A stretch of DNA of 64,000 nucleotides, from assembly GCA_018653085.1 (NCBI GenBank), contig JABIAY010000057.1:3198-67197 (forward strand), given 5' to 3'. The notes under the pieces are model-generated. The model was not told where the DNA came from. It searched no databases and saw only the letters and a list, made by a program, of their open reading frames with translations. Origin of the DNA: Nitrospina sp. (lineage in GTDB: Bacteria; Nitrospinota; Nitrospinia; Nitrospinales; VA-1). Both the position numbers and the translations under genes were made by a program. Positions 17,490 to 27,320 of this stretch are shown here, in pieces (position 1 is the stretch's first letter; each line of letters begins with the position of its first letter).

Positions 17490-17792
17490 CTACCGCCCGG
17501 AAACAACATAGTCCAACTGCAATCCAGAATCCTTGACTACCTTTTTGCAAGAATTTATTTCTCCCTGGCAACGCATATAACAACCGCTCCAATGATCGCA
17601 TTGGACGTAGAGCCAGTGCATGGGCTTGGTTTTAATGTCCTGGCCTAGAATTTCTACCGTCCCCTCTTGATTGACCGTGTATGTTTTTATGGTGCCAGGA
17701 ATGGTTTTGGGAAGAACGAGGCCATTGGAGGCGCAAGAGGTTAGAAAAGAAACTGCGAATACTATTAAAGTTAAACCTATTGTTTTTTTCAT
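17490..17792 (-). CDS. Small Cys-containing lipoprotein, function unknown
   Basis: It has a signal peptide with a lipobox (MKKTIGLTLIVFAVSFLTSC). A hairpin and T-run lie downstream at about 17328-17356. Confidence 0.6.
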   Translation of the reverse strand: MKKTIGLTLIVFAVSFLTSCASNGLVLPKTIPGTIKTYTVNQEGTVEILGQDIKTKPMHWLYVQCDHWSGCYMRCQGEINSCKKVVKDSGLQLDYVVSGR

Positions 17793-17927
17793 TCTCTTCC
17801 CTTTCCTAAGCTTCCAAGTGCCGGGTTAGTATCCAAGTTTCAGTTAACGCTAATTATAGCATCCCTTTTATAAAATCATAAAACATTAGCGCGGAAGAGG
17901 TTGGTTATTCGGGAGGGGGCCTGTGAT

Positions 17928-18095
17928 TTAAATCAGGACATCCAGGATATGTTTTTTGACCTGTTTTTGCGCCTCGGACTTTTTATTGTTCAGGCTTTCT
18001 TCCAATTGTTCCTTGAAGGATTTTTGATCCTTTTTCTTTTTAAATGTCCAGGGTTTTTGTCTGTTCCCGCCAAACAGGGCATCTTCTATTTTCAT
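17928..18095 (-). CDS. Possible 55-aa Lys-rich small protein (below the ORF-track cutoff)
   Basis: I translated this by hand: MKIEDALFGGNRQKPWTFKKKKDQKSFKEQLEESLNNKKSEAQKQVKKHILDVLI. It is preceded by a GAGGA SD. It is the more protein-like alternative to the Phe/Leu-rich + strand ORF at 17901-18206. Confidence 0.3.
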   Translation of the reverse strand: MKIEDALFGGNRQKPWTFKKKKDQKSFKEQLEESLNNKKSEAQKQVKKHILDVLI

Positions 18096-18321
18096 CGATG
18101 TTCCTCACATAATTCAGCTTATGTATTTCTTATCGTTTTCTTAAAAAAAAATCTTTATTTTTTTACAGGAAACGACCTGAAAAACCGTGTTTTATTGAAA
18201 AATTGAGGCTTATCCCCCACGTTTGTGGTGTTTACTTTACATTTAAAAATAATGTAATATTTAGTGGAGAGTGAGAGCTATGGACCGAAGACTGATTTAC
18301 CAGGGAAGGATGGTGTACCCA

Positions 18322-18693
18322 ATGCCAACGGTTCAACGAAAAATACTGATGGTTGACGATGAGGTTAAGGCCTGTCAGCTGTTCTCAAGGTTCCTGTCCA
18401 ATCAGGGGTTTGCAGTTCAAACCGCATCGGATGGGAAAATGGCCCTGACCAAGCTTGATGAATTCCAACCAGACTGTATTTTACTGGATGTGCGGATGCC
18501 CCATGGCGGACTGGAGTTGTTGTCCTCTTGTAGAAAAAAATTGCCGGATGCCATCATCATCATGGTTTCCGCGATTATTGAGCCTGGTCAGGTGGGAGAC
18601 TATTTGGCTGAAGGTGCTTATGCCTGCATTGAAAAACCCGTAGACATGAACATCCTTCTGGAAAAGATTGAGCAGGCCTTGAACCACCACTAG
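18322..18693 (+). CDS. Stand-alone response-regulator receiver protein
   Basis: It has a receiver domain (KILMVDDE, DCILLDVRMP, IIIMVSA, CIEKP). The start is uncertain (18271, 18280, 18310 or 18322). The stop codon is part of the repeat motif CACCACTAG. Confidence 0.85.
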   Translation: MPTVQRKILMVDDEVKACQLFSRFLSNQGFAVQTASDGKMALTKLDEFQPDCILLDVRMPHGGLELLSSCRKKLPDAIIIMVSAIIEPGQVGDYLAEGAYACIEKPVDMNILLEKIEQALNHH

Positions 18694-18800
18694 CCAGCGT
18701 GACGCTGGACCCCATGAGCAATGGCTTTTTATTGCTAGCAATGAGTTTCTCGGCTTAAAAAGTTCTTGCCCAGTAGCCTCCCCCGCCAAGGGGGTCAGGC
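18685..18800 (+). repeat. Intergenic repeat, family 1 variant, filling the whole convergent gap
   Basis: CACCACTAG-CCAGCGTGACGCTGG-...ATGAGCAATGGCTT...TCTCGGCTTAAAAAG...CCTCCCCCGCCAAGGGGG aligns module by module with the 98-bp unit at 37876. Confidence 0.75.
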
Positions 18801-19640
18801 GGCTTGCAAAAACACTTGCAGGGTGGAGTTGATATCTTTGCTGATTTCCTTGCCTAATCCTTCCCGGGATATTCGCAGTTCGAGTTTTTTCCAGGCAGTC
18901 TGATTCATGGGGAAGGGAAACGGGCTTTCCCCGCTATCGCCCAGTGTCAGGGTATTAACAATATGATCTGCTACATGAACGATAGAAGCCTCTTTGGCAA
19001 AGTTGGGATTTTTTCCTGGTTGATGATGATCGCCGACAACCTCCTGGAGAAATACAGGCAGGCCCCAGGTTTTTAAAAGATGCTTGCCGATATCTGCATG
19101 AGTAAACCCCATAATGTCCTTCTCGGATTCATGAAGTGAGATGTTTTCTGACTTGCACCGCATGAATACCGACAGAATATTGAAGGGTACTGTCAGAGCT
19201 ATTATCAGCCGGCCGATATCATGGAGCATGCCCGCCACAAAAAATCTTTCAGTATTAATTTCCCCGCTGTGCGAAGAAATTATTTTCGCCGCCAGCCCAC
19301 AAGCGACACTGTGTCTCCAAAACGAATCCATATTCATCACACTATCTGGAATACCCTTGAACCGTTCCATGATGACGGTTGAGATAACCAGGTTGTTCAA
19401 CTGTTCCAGCCCCACCACCCCGATGGCATGCGATATGGTTTCTATTTTTGAAGGAAACCCGAAGTAAGCACTGTTAACAATTCGCAATAACCTTACGGAA
19501 AGCCCAGGGTCGGTAGCTATGATATCTGAAATTTCCTCAAAAGATCCCTCAGGATTATCCATGGCCTCTTTGAATTTATAATAAACATCTGGAAGCGAAG
19601 GGATCTGTACGTCTGCACTGAAGAGTTCCTGAATTTCCAT
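18795..19640 (-). CDS. HDOD-domain signalling protein
   Basis: It has a typical HDOD N-terminus (LPSLPDVYYKFKEAMDNPEGSFEEISDIIATDPGLSVRLLRIVNSAYFG) and HD-like residues (MLHDIG). Confidence 0.85.
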   Translation of the reverse strand: MEIQELFSADVQIPSLPDVYYKFKEAMDNPEGSFEEISDIIATDPGLSVRLLRIVNSAYFGFPSKIETISHAIGVVGLEQLNNLVISTVIMERFKGIPDSVMNMDSFWRHSVACGLAAKIISSHSGEINTERFFVAGMLHDIGRLIIALTVPFNILSVFMRCKSENISLHESEKDIMGFTHADIGKHLLKTWGLPVFLQEVVGDHHQPGKNPNFAKEASIVHVADHIVNTLTLGDSGESPFPFPMNQTAWKKLELRISREGLGKEISKDINSTLQVFLQAA

Positions 19641-20057
19641 CAGTTCTTACCCAGAACTGCAACGGATGGCATGAGAGGAATCTTCGAAAACAGAAATTCT
19701 ATGGGGTAGAGAAAATGAAACTCAGGTGGGCTGGCTAAAGTTTTGACAGGCGGTAAAAATAAAGTCCCAGAATTGTGATCGAAAGGTTCCATGACTCGTT
19801 CTCCCCAGAAAGTTGGAAACCGTACTAAAAGACATATTCTATGTTGTGAATAGCACTTTTTACATAGCGAATCAAGAGGAAGAAACGCGGAATTTTGCAA
19901 TGCCGAAGTGGGCTAATAATTTGTTTTTTCAATTGGTAGTGAAAGAATTTGAAAAAACGTCAATAAGTAATTATAAGGATAAGGAAAGTCGTTGTTAAAT
20001 GTGCCGCGATTTTTTTAACAAATTTTAAACCATCAAAGAATTTCCCGGGAAAGAAAA

Positions 20058-20084
20058 AGGCATTCAGGACATCCCTGAATGCCT
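20058..20084 (-). terminator. Rho-independent terminator downstream of tRNA-Arg
   Basis: An 11-bp perfect stem (AGGCATTCAGG-acatc-CCTGAATGCCT) is followed by a T-run on the minus strand. Confidence 0.75.
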
Positions 20085-20093
20085 TTATTATAA

Positions 20094-20170
20094 TGGTACG
20101 CCCGAGAGGATTCGAACCTCCGACCCTCGGTACCGGAAACCGATACTCTATCCAGCTGAGCTACGGGCGC
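20094..20170 (-). tRNA. tRNA-Arg (anticodon CCG), CCA encoded
   Basis: The reverse complement GCGCCCGTAGCTCAGCTGGATAGAGTATCGGTTTCCGGTACCGAGGGTCGGAGGTTCGAATCCTCTCGGGCGTACCA folds as a cloverleaf. It has a 7-bp acceptor stem, the anticodon stem TCGGT/ACCGA, the loop TT-CCG-GT and a GTTCGAATC T-loop. Confidence 0.95.
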
Positions 20171-20176
20171 ATTGGT

Positions 20177-20557
20177 TTAGATTATACTTCTGGCCTTACA
20201 ACCTTCCTCGAACCCGGCTACGGTTCCTACTTGAGTATCCAGTTCTCGAGCGAACTCTTTGATCATCTTTAAACGCCAGGTCCACCACTTGGCTTCTGCC
20301 TGCACTTCTTCCGAAGCTTCCGTGGGAACGCGTACATTATATTCTTTATTTGTCTCATCAAAATTGACTTTGATTTCAGGATTGATCTTTAACCCATGCG
20401 CTTCCAGGACTTCAAAGGGATCTTCGGCCAGACTCTTTTTAAATATTTCATCGGTGACCGCTTTAGCCGCAACGGTTTTCCAATTGTCATCGAGTTCTTT
20501 TTTTCTGATGGGGTTGATCGGGGAGCTGGAACCCGTGGCACCCAGTATTTCGCTCAT
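20177..20557 (-). CDS. Hypothetical protein with an NHLP (nitrile-hydratase leader peptide)-like domain; possible RiPP precursor
   Basis: The segment KELDDNWKTVAAKAVTDEIFKKSLAEDPFEVLEAHGLKINPEIKVNFDETNKEYNVRVP resembles the NHLP leader consensus (KAWEDEAFKQ.LL.DP...L.E.GI.LPEGVEVKVVE.T....YLVLP). A GGAAAGGA SD is present. The stop lies 6 nt from the tRNA 5' end. Confidence 0.4.
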   Translation of the reverse strand: MSEILGATGSSSPINPIRKKELDDNWKTVAAKAVTDEIFKKSLAEDPFEVLEAHGLKINPEIKVNFDETNKEYNVRVPTEASEEVQAEAKWWTWRLKMIKEFARELDTQVGTVAGFEEGCKARSII

Positions 20558-20699
20558 GTCTAATCCTTTCCGGGAAATCTAAACCGATTCAGTTAATGGG
20601 TAAGAAGAAATAATACAGGATTCCCTGAATCATTTCTATAGAACTTTCAAGAATGGTGTATGTTGCAGGAGTATTTTGCTCAAGCTTTGGAAGGTGTTA

Positions 20700-20800
20700 T
20701 AAAATCACCCTCACTGCGGCTACGCCTTGCCTCTCCCCTCAAGGGAGAGGAAACAAAAAGTCCCTTCTCCCCTGGAGGGAGAAGGCTAGGATGAGGGGGC
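20700..20800. repeat. Nested GC-rich palindromic repeats (CTCTCCCCTCAAGGGAGAG / CCTTCTCCCCTGGAGGGAGAAGG type)
   Basis: Two adjacent perfect hairpins are flanked by CACCCTCA...TGAGGGGG. The related element CCTCCCCCGCCAAGGGGG occurs at 18777-18795. Confidence 0.7.
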
Positions 20801-20831
20801 TATATAATGATTAACTCCTGTCATATCCGGG

Positions 20832-23468
20832 TCAGGTGGAGCGGATCAATTCTTCTGCTTTTTTGAGGGCTTCATCGAGTTTATCAACCTCGGAACCCCC
20901 GGCCTGTGCCATATCCGGTCTGCCGCCACCACTCCCGCCCACGATTGCGGCTATTTGTTTGATGATATTCCCCGCATGGTATTTATCGGTCAGGTCTTTG
21001 GTGACACCTGCCGCCAGGGAGACTTTACCATCGGCAACAGAGCCCACGACAACAATCCCGGATTTTAACTGGTTCTTGGCATTATCGATAAAAGTGCGCA
21101 GGGTTTTTGCGTCCACACCGTCAAGCTTTTTGATCAGGCACGAAATATCTCCCACCTTTTGCACATCATCGGTGCCGGTAGATTCTTTGCCGCTGACCAT
21201 TTTTTCCTTTAGAGTGGCGACCTCTTTTTCCAACTGCCGGTTTTTTGCCAGTAGCTTTTTCAGTTTTGCAGTTTCTTCGTTAGAGGGGGCTTTTAAAAGT
21301 CCGCGAATTGCCGATAAAGATTCCTGCTCGGCCTGGATGGTGTCATAAGCCGTGGCACCGGTTACAGCCTCGATACGGCGAACGCCGGATGCGATCCCCC
21401 CTTCAGAAGTAATTCGGAACAAACCGATATCCCCTGTCGCGGTAACATGAGTGCCGCCGCATAATTCCTTGCTGAAACCGGGGATATTGACGACACGGAC
21501 CTTCTCGCCATATTTTTCTCCGAACAATGCCATCGCGCCTTCTTTTATGGCACTATCAATATCCATTTCCCGTGTTGAAACCTGAATGTTTTCCCGGATT
21601 TTTTCGTTTACACGGGATTCGATGCGGATTCTTTCTTTGCTCGTCAAGGGAGAAAAATGGGTGTAGTCAAAGCGCAATCGATTGGGTGCGACCAACGAAC
21701 CTGCCTGTTTGATGTGCTCGCCTAAAACTTCCTTGAGTGCCGCGTGCAAAAGGTGGGTGGCAGAATGGTTGAGCGCGGTGTCTCCCCGGGTATGCCGGTC
21801 CACCTCCAGAGTCAGGTTGTCCCCGGTACGAAGGGTTCCCTGAACAACTTTTGCTTTATGAACAATCAGGCCGGGCATGGGTTTGTTCGCGACATCGAGT
21901 GCCAGTTGAATATTTTCATTGAAAGCCCGACCGGAATCCCCGACCTGTCCTCCGGATTCTCCATAAAAGGGAGTCTTGTCGGTTAGAAACTCGATCTCGT
22001 CTCCTGAACTTGCAGAACCTACAGGTTGCTGGTTTTTTAAAATGGCTAATACCCGGCCTTCGCCCTCAGTGGTTCCATAACCTTCAAAGACGGTTGCGGG
22101 AGAGGATTGCAGGTACTCTTTATAAAATGAGGCGACTTCTTTTTCCCCTGATCCTTTCCAGGAGGCCATGGCTTTGGTCTTCTGCTCATTCATGGCTCGG
22201 GTGTATCCCTCCATGTCGAGGGTCAGCCCGGCATCCTTGGCGGTTTCTTCTACCAGGTCTGTTGGAAAGCCATAGGTGTCATAGAGCTTGAATATTTCTT
22301 CCCCGGGTATGGCGGCGAGTTTTTCCTTGCGCACTTTTTCCAGGATTTCTTCCAGGCGTTGGGTTCCATAGTGCAGGGTATTGCCGAAACTTTCTTCCTC
22401 GTTGATGACAACTTTTTGGATGAAGTCTTTGTTATTGTTTAAATCGGGATACGCTTCTCTAAAGTCATCGATGACCTTGCTGGTGATACGATGAAAGAAG
22501 GGGCCTTTCTGGCCGAGAAGCTTTCCGTGGCGCAATCCCCGCCGCATGATTTTACGCAAGACATAACCCCGGCCCTCGTTGGAGGGAATGACTCCATCGC
22601 TGATTAGAAATACCGAGGCGCGGGCATGGTCGGTCAGCACCCGGAGAGAGACATTCACCTCATCCTGTTTGCCATATTCCTTGCCTGTGATGTGAGCGGC
22701 CTCAGTGATGATGGACATCATGAGATCGGTGTCGTAATTGGTGGTGCGGCCCTGAACAACGGCGGTCAGCCTTTCCAGGCCCATCCCCGTGTCGATACAG
22801 GGATTGGGGAGCGGAGTGAGTTTGCCGGATTCATCGCGATCGTATTGCATGAAAACCAGATTCCATATCTCCAGGAACCGGTCGCAATCACAACCAACCT
22901 CACAGGAGGGTTGACCACAGCCTACCGTTTTGCCCTGGTCGATAAATATTTCCGAGCAGGGGCCGCAAGGGCCGGTAGGGCCCATGGCCCAGAAGTTATC
23001 CTTCTCTCCCATCTTGTATATCCGCTCACGCGGCATTTTCACTTCATCAACCCACAGGTTGAAGGCCTCGTCATCATCTTCGAAGACAGAAATATATAAA
23101 CGGTCCCGGGGCAGGCCAATCACATCGGTTAAGAATTCCCAGCCAAACTGAATAGCTTCTTTTTTGAAATAATCCCCGAACGAAAAGTTGCCAAGCATCT
23201 CAAAGAAAGTGTGATGCCGGGCCGTGCGCCCGACCATTTCCAGATCATTATGTTTTCCGCCGGCGCGAACGCATTTTTGCACCGATACAGCGCGGTTATA
23301 ATTCCTTTTTTCTTCACCCAGAAACACATCTTTAAATTGCACCATTCCCGCGTTGGTGAACATAAGGGTTGGGTCGTTTTTGGGGACCAGTGAACAACTG
23401 GGCACAATCGTGTGTCCACGGTCTTTAAAATATTGCAGGAACTTATTTCTGATTTCGTCGCCAGTCAT
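20832..23468 (-). CDS. alaS: Alanine--tRNA ligase
   Basis: At 878 aa it is full length. It has the class II core (FTNAGMVQFK, RHHTFFEMLGNFSFGDYFK), the editing-domain HxxxH motif (NHSATHLLH), and a C-terminal DHHA1-like domain. Confidence 0.97.
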   Translation of the reverse strand: MTGDEIRNKFLQYFKDRGHTIVPSCSLVPKNDPTLMFTNAGMVQFKDVFLGEEKRNYNRAVSVQKCVRAGGKHNDLEMVGRTARHHTFFEMLGNFSFGDYFKKEAIQFGWEFLTDVIGLPRDRLYISVFEDDDEAFNLWVDEVKMPRERIYKMGEKDNFWAMGPTGPCGPCSEIFIDQGKTVGCGQPSCEVGCDCDRFLEIWNLVFMQYDRDESGKLTPLPNPCIDTGMGLERLTAVVQGRTTNYDTDLMMSIITEAAHITGKEYGKQDEVNVSLRVLTDHARASVFLISDGVIPSNEGRGYVLRKIMRRGLRHGKLLGQKGPFFHRITSKVIDDFREAYPDLNNNKDFIQKVVINEEESFGNTLHYGTQRLEEILEKVRKEKLAAIPGEEIFKLYDTYGFPTDLVEETAKDAGLTLDMEGYTRAMNEQKTKAMASWKGSGEKEVASFYKEYLQSSPATVFEGYGTTEGEGRVLAILKNQQPVGSASSGDEIEFLTDKTPFYGESGGQVGDSGRAFNENIQLALDVANKPMPGLIVHKAKVVQGTLRTGDNLTLEVDRHTRGDTALNHSATHLLHAALKEVLGEHIKQAGSLVAPNRLRFDYTHFSPLTSKERIRIESRVNEKIRENIQVSTREMDIDSAIKEGAMALFGEKYGEKVRVVNIPGFSKELCGGTHVTATGDIGLFRITSEGGIASGVRRIEAVTGATAYDTIQAEQESLSAIRGLLKAPSNEETAKLKKLLAKNRQLEKEVATLKEKMVSGKESTGTDDVQKVGDISCLIKKLDGVDAKTLRTFIDNAKNQLKSGIVVVGSVADGKVSLAAGVTKDLTDKYHAGNIIKQIAAIVGGSGGGRPDMAQAGGSEVDKLDEALKKAEELIRST

Positions 23469-23485
23469 AATTTAAATCGGAAGGG

Positions 23486-24484
23486 TTAAACGACACCTGC
23501 TTTGAGGATATCGTGTAGATGGATGATGCCTTCTATTTTTTGTTCACCATTGACCACTACCAGGGAGGTGATGGAATGGTCCTGCATAATTCTAACGGCT
23601 TTAGCCGCGAGGGTATCCTTTAAAATGGTCTTAGGGTGACCGGCCATCATGTCCTTTGCGTGGGTTTGGGAGATGTCTTTTTTCTTTTCAATCAGGCGGC
23701 GTAGATCCCCGTCGGTAACAATGCCGAGAAGCTGATCCTGACCCCCGACTACCAGAGTTGTTCCCAGCCTTTTTTGCGAGATCTCCTTGAGCACCTGATA
23801 GATGTCAGCGTTTTCTTTTACCTTGGGGATGTCCTCGCCAAAATGCATCAGGTCATCGACCGTGGTGAGCAGTTTTCGACCGAGACTGCCGCCGGGATGG
23901 TTGAGCGCAAAATCCTCTTCCTGCACCCCGCGAAGTTCCATGAATGCCATGGCAAGCGCGTCACCCATTGCCAGAGCCGCTGTTGTGCTGGCAGTGGGAA
24001 CCAGGTCCTTCGAGCAGGCTTCCTCTTTAACGCTGATGTCGAGAACATAATCGCTTCGTTTAGCCAGGGAAGATTGCAAGTTGCCGGTCATTCCTACCAG
24101 AGTGCAATGGATGCGATTAAGAACTGGCAATAATTTTACAATCTCTTCTGTTTCCCCGCTGTTGGAAATGGCAATCACCGTATCTCCTTTGGAAATCATT
24201 CCCAGGTCTCCGTGACTGGCATCTGCCGCATGCAGGAAAAGGGTGGGCAGTCCGATGCTTGCAAACGTGGATGCGATTTTTTTTCCAATCAGCCCGGATT
24301 TCCCAACTCCCGTAATAGCAAGGTGCTTGCACTGGTCCAGATGGCGCACGACCTCGACGAATTGAGAATCGATCCGGCCCTCCAATCCCGCTACAGCCTG
24401 ACTCTCAATATTCAGAACTCTGCGGGCGGTTTCGATGATCGACTGATCATCCTGATTTTTTGATGAATCTTTCAAGGCGCGCAT
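23486..24484 (-). CDS. kdsD: KpsF/GutQ-family arabinose-5-phosphate isomerase (SIS + 2 CBS)
   Basis: It has a SIS domain (GVGKSGLIGKKIASTFASIG, AISNSGET) and a tandem CBS pair at the C-terminus. Confidence 0.9.
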   Translation of the reverse strand: MRALKDSSKNQDDQSIIETARRVLNIESQAVAGLEGRIDSQFVEVVRHLDQCKHLAITGVGKSGLIGKKIASTFASIGLPTLFLHAADASHGDLGMISKGDTVIAISNSGETEEIVKLLPVLNRIHCTLVGMTGNLQSSLAKRSDYVLDISVKEEACSKDLVPTASTTAALAMGDALAMAFMELRGVQEEDFALNHPGGSLGRKLLTTVDDLMHFGEDIPKVKENADIYQVLKEISQKRLGTTLVVGGQDQLLGIVTDGDLRRLIEKKKDISQTHAKDMMAGHPKTILKDTLAAKAVRIMQDHSITSLVVVNGEQKIEGIIHLHDILKAGVV

Positions 24485-24626
24485 TTCTTGTGAGGGTTTC
24501 AGTTTAACCCTTTTAATTCAATTAGTTCATAACTATAAGGGAATTTTATAATAACACAATTAATTAGACACGGTAAAGCCGCGACTTTATACTTGGTCAG
24601 CATTTTTTATATTTTAAAGGACAACT

Positions 24627-27320
24627 ATGAGCAAAGCTAAATCCCTCTACCTGATAGACGGTTCTTCCTACATTTTTCGTGCCTATTATGGTATCCGGCA
24701 GTTTTTGACGACATCAAAAGGATTTCCCACCAATGCTCTGTACGGGTTCATCAATATGTTGCAGAAAGTGGTGAAAGACGAAAAGCCGGATTATCTGGTA
24801 GTGACTTTCGACAGTAAGGAAAAGACTTTTCGCCACGAGATATATGCCGATTACAAAGCCAACAGGGAGGTGCCTCCTGAAGACCTGGCAAAACAATTCC
24901 CCTATTTTGAGCCACTGGTACAGGCCTTTAATATTCACAGCGTCCGGGTTCCAGGTTTTGAAGCCGACGATATCATGGGAACCCTGGCTAAAAAAGGTGC
25001 AGAAGAAGGGTTGCAGGTAGTCATAGTCAGCGGCGATAAGGACATGATGCAGTTGGTCGGTCCAGATATACGCATGCTGGATACCATGAAAAACAAATGG
25101 TTTGATATGGAAGCTGTGGAGGAAAAGTTCGGCGTACCTCCACACCGGGTGATTGAGGTGATGGGTTTGATGGGCGATTCGAGCGATCATATCCCCGGTG
25201 TTAAAGGGGTAGGTCCTAAAACCGCCACGGAACTCATACGTAAATTCGGTTCGATAGAGGATTTGTATGAACGGATCGATGAAGTGGACAAACAAAAACT
25301 CAAGGAAAAGCTTGTTCAGGATAAGGAGATGGCGCTACTCAGTCGTCAACTGGTGACCATCAATACGTCTATGGAACTGGAATTTAAACTTGAAGATCTT
25401 AAGCTCAAGTCCCCTGACTATACGGAACTGAAAAAACTGTTTTCTGAATTTGAGTTTTCTTCCTTGCTCGGGGAACTGGAAGATAAGCCCACCTCCGCTA
25501 CAAGTTCACCTGCGATAGTAAGCCAGTATGAAACACTTCTCACCGAGGCCGATTTTGAGAGATGGCTCAAGCAATTAAAGAAGTCGAAAATTTTCGCACT
25601 GGATCTGGAAACCACGAGCTTGCACCCGGTTCAGGCGCAGGTGGTGGGAATTTCGTTTTGCTGTAAACAAGGAGTGGCCTGCTACATCCCGTTATCCCAC
25701 CGCTATCTGGGGGTTCCCGACCAGTTGAATCTCGACTGGGTTGTCCAGAAACTCAAACCACTGCTTGAGGACCCAAAAATTAAAAAAGTCGGACAGAATA
25801 TTAAATACGATTTGATTGTGTTGAGAAATGAAGGGATTAATCTCAAGGGCATTGCCTTCGATACCATGCTGGCTTCCTATATTTTGAATCCCTCAGGCAG
25901 GAGGCACAGTATGGACGCTTTGGCTCAGGATCATCTGGGCCACATGACCATCAAATATAAGGATGTGGTGGGCACTGCGTCCAAAGAGATTGGGTTTGAT
26001 GAAGTGGATGTTGAGCGCGCGACCGAATACGCGGCGGAAGACGCAGACATCACCTGGCGGCTCTACGAAAAACTTTCACCTCTTTTGCAAGGCGATGATC
26101 TTGAGCTTTTTCAGGATTTGGAACTACCGCTTTTAGAAGTCCTGGCAGAGATGGAAATCCATGGAATGAAACTGGATCAAAAACACCTGCAAAATCTTTC
26201 CAAGATCATAGAAGGAAAAATCGAAGAGCATACAAAGAAAATTCATTCCATAGCCGGTGAGGTGTTCAATATCAATTCCCCAAAACAACTTTCGGTAATT
26301 TTGTTTGAAAAACTGGGACTGCCGGTCATCAAGAAAACCAAGAGCGGCTACTCGACAGATGTCACCGTATTGGAACAATTGTCCGAGGAGCACGACCTTC
26401 CGGAAGTGGTATTGGCTTATCGGCAATTGGGCAAACTCAAGTCCACTTACGTGGATGCATTACAGGATGATATATTCCGTAAAACGGGCAGGGTCCACAC
26501 TTCGTTCAACCAGACTGTAGCGGCGACTGGACGGTTGAGTAGCAGTAACCCGAACCTGCAGAACATCCCGATCCGTACCGAAACGGGACGCGAAATTCGC
26601 AAAGCGTTTATAGCGGAAGAGAATAATTACCTGCTTTCAGCGGATTACTCTCAGGTGGAGTTACGGGTTCTCGCCCATCTTTCCGGTGATGAAGCTTTGG
26701 TTGAAGCGTTTCAGTTGGGTGAAGACATTCACACCCGTACCGCTTGCGAAATTTTTGGAACGACCGCAGATCGTCTGGATGCGGAATCCCGCAGAATGGC
26801 TAAAGCGGTGAACTTCGGTATCGTTTATGGCTTGAGTGCTTTTGGTCTCTCCCGGCAGTTGAAAATTTATCCTAAGGAAGCGAAAAAGTTCATCGATCAA
26901 TACTTTGCGCTATATAAAAAAGTCAAAATTTATATGGATGAGACTGTGGCCGAGGCCGAGAAATTGGGTTATACCCAGACTATGATGAATCGAAAACGCT
27001 ATATGCCAGACCTTAAAAGCCAGAACCGGCAAGTGAGGGAGGCGGCAGGAAGGGTTGCGATCAACTCCCCGGTGCAGGGAAGTGCGGCGGACCTGATTAA
27101 ACTGGCGATGATTCGATTGGCGCAACAGATCAGCAAGAAAAAACTAAAATCCCGAATGATCCTGCAAGTTCATGATGAACTGGTGTTTGAATGCCCACAA
27201 GAAGAAGAGCAGGAAATGCGGGCTCTGGTCAAAAAGGAAATGGAAGAAGTGTTTCCTCTTAAAGTTCCTTTGGTAGTGGATATGGGGTGGGGAAAAAACT
27301 GGAACACCGCCCACCACTAG
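24627..27320 (+). CDS. polA: DNA polymerase I
   Basis: It has a 5'-3' exonuclease domain (LIDGSSYIFRAYY), a 3'-5' exonuclease domain (FALDLETTSL), and polymerase motifs (DYSQVELRVLAH, RRMAKAVNFGIVYG, QVHDELVFE). The last codons CAC CAC TAG belong to the adjacent repeat. Confidence 0.97.
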   Translation: MSKAKSLYLIDGSSYIFRAYYGIRQFLTTSKGFPTNALYGFINMLQKVVKDEKPDYLVVTFDSKEKTFRHEIYADYKANREVPPEDLAKQFPYFEPLVQAFNIHSVRVPGFEADDIMGTLAKKGAEEGLQVVIVSGDKDMMQLVGPDIRMLDTMKNKWFDMEAVEEKFGVPPHRVIEVMGLMGDSSDHIPGVKGVGPKTATELIRKFGSIEDLYERIDEVDKQKLKEKLVQDKEMALLSRQLVTINTSMELEFKLEDLKLKSPDYTELKKLFSEFEFSSLLGELEDKPTSATSSPAIVSQYETLLTEADFERWLKQLKKSKIFALDLETTSLHPVQAQVVGISFCCKQGVACYIPLSHRYLGVPDQLNLDWVVQKLKPLLEDPKIKKVGQNIKYDLIVLRNEGINLKGIAFDTMLASYILNPSGRRHSMDALAQDHLGHMTIKYKDVVGTASKEIGFDEVDVERATEYAAEDADITWRLYEKLSPLLQGDDLELFQDLELPLLEVLAEMEIHGMKLDQKHLQNLSKIIEGKIEEHTKKIHSIAGEVFNINSPKQLSVILFEKLGLPVIKKTKSGYSTDVTVLEQLSEEHDLPEVVLAYRQLGKLKSTYVDALQDDIFRKTGRVHTSFNQTVAATGRLSSSNPNLQNIPIRTETGREIRKAFIAEENNYLLSADYSQVELRVLAHLSGDEALVEAFQLGEDIHTRTACEIFGTTADRLDAESRRMAKAVNFGIVYGLSAFGLSRQLKIYPKEAKKFIDQYFALYKKVKIYMDETVAEAEKLGYTQTMMNRKRYMPDLKSQNRQVREAAGRVAINSPVQGSAADLIKLAMIRLAQQISKKKLKSRMILQVHDELVFECPQEEEQEMRALVKKEMEEVFPLKVPLVVDMGWGKNWNTAHH

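Noticed and set aside
17901-18206. 101-aa + strand ORF (…FFDLFLRLGLFIVQAFFQLFLEGFLILFLFK…)
   Set aside because: Its low-complexity Phe/Leu composition arises from an A-rich opposite strand. The minus strand carries a more plausible 55-aa Lys-rich ORF with an SD, though that one is itself low confidence.
19640-20050. ORFs 19640-19900 (-) and 19813-19998 (+), and the question of whether the ~450-nt gap next to tRNA-Arg marks an integrated element
   Set aside because: Neither ORF has an SD, motifs or protein-like composition. I saw no integrase, direct repeat of the tRNA 3' end, or att-like duplication. The region is left as unexplained non-coding DNA.
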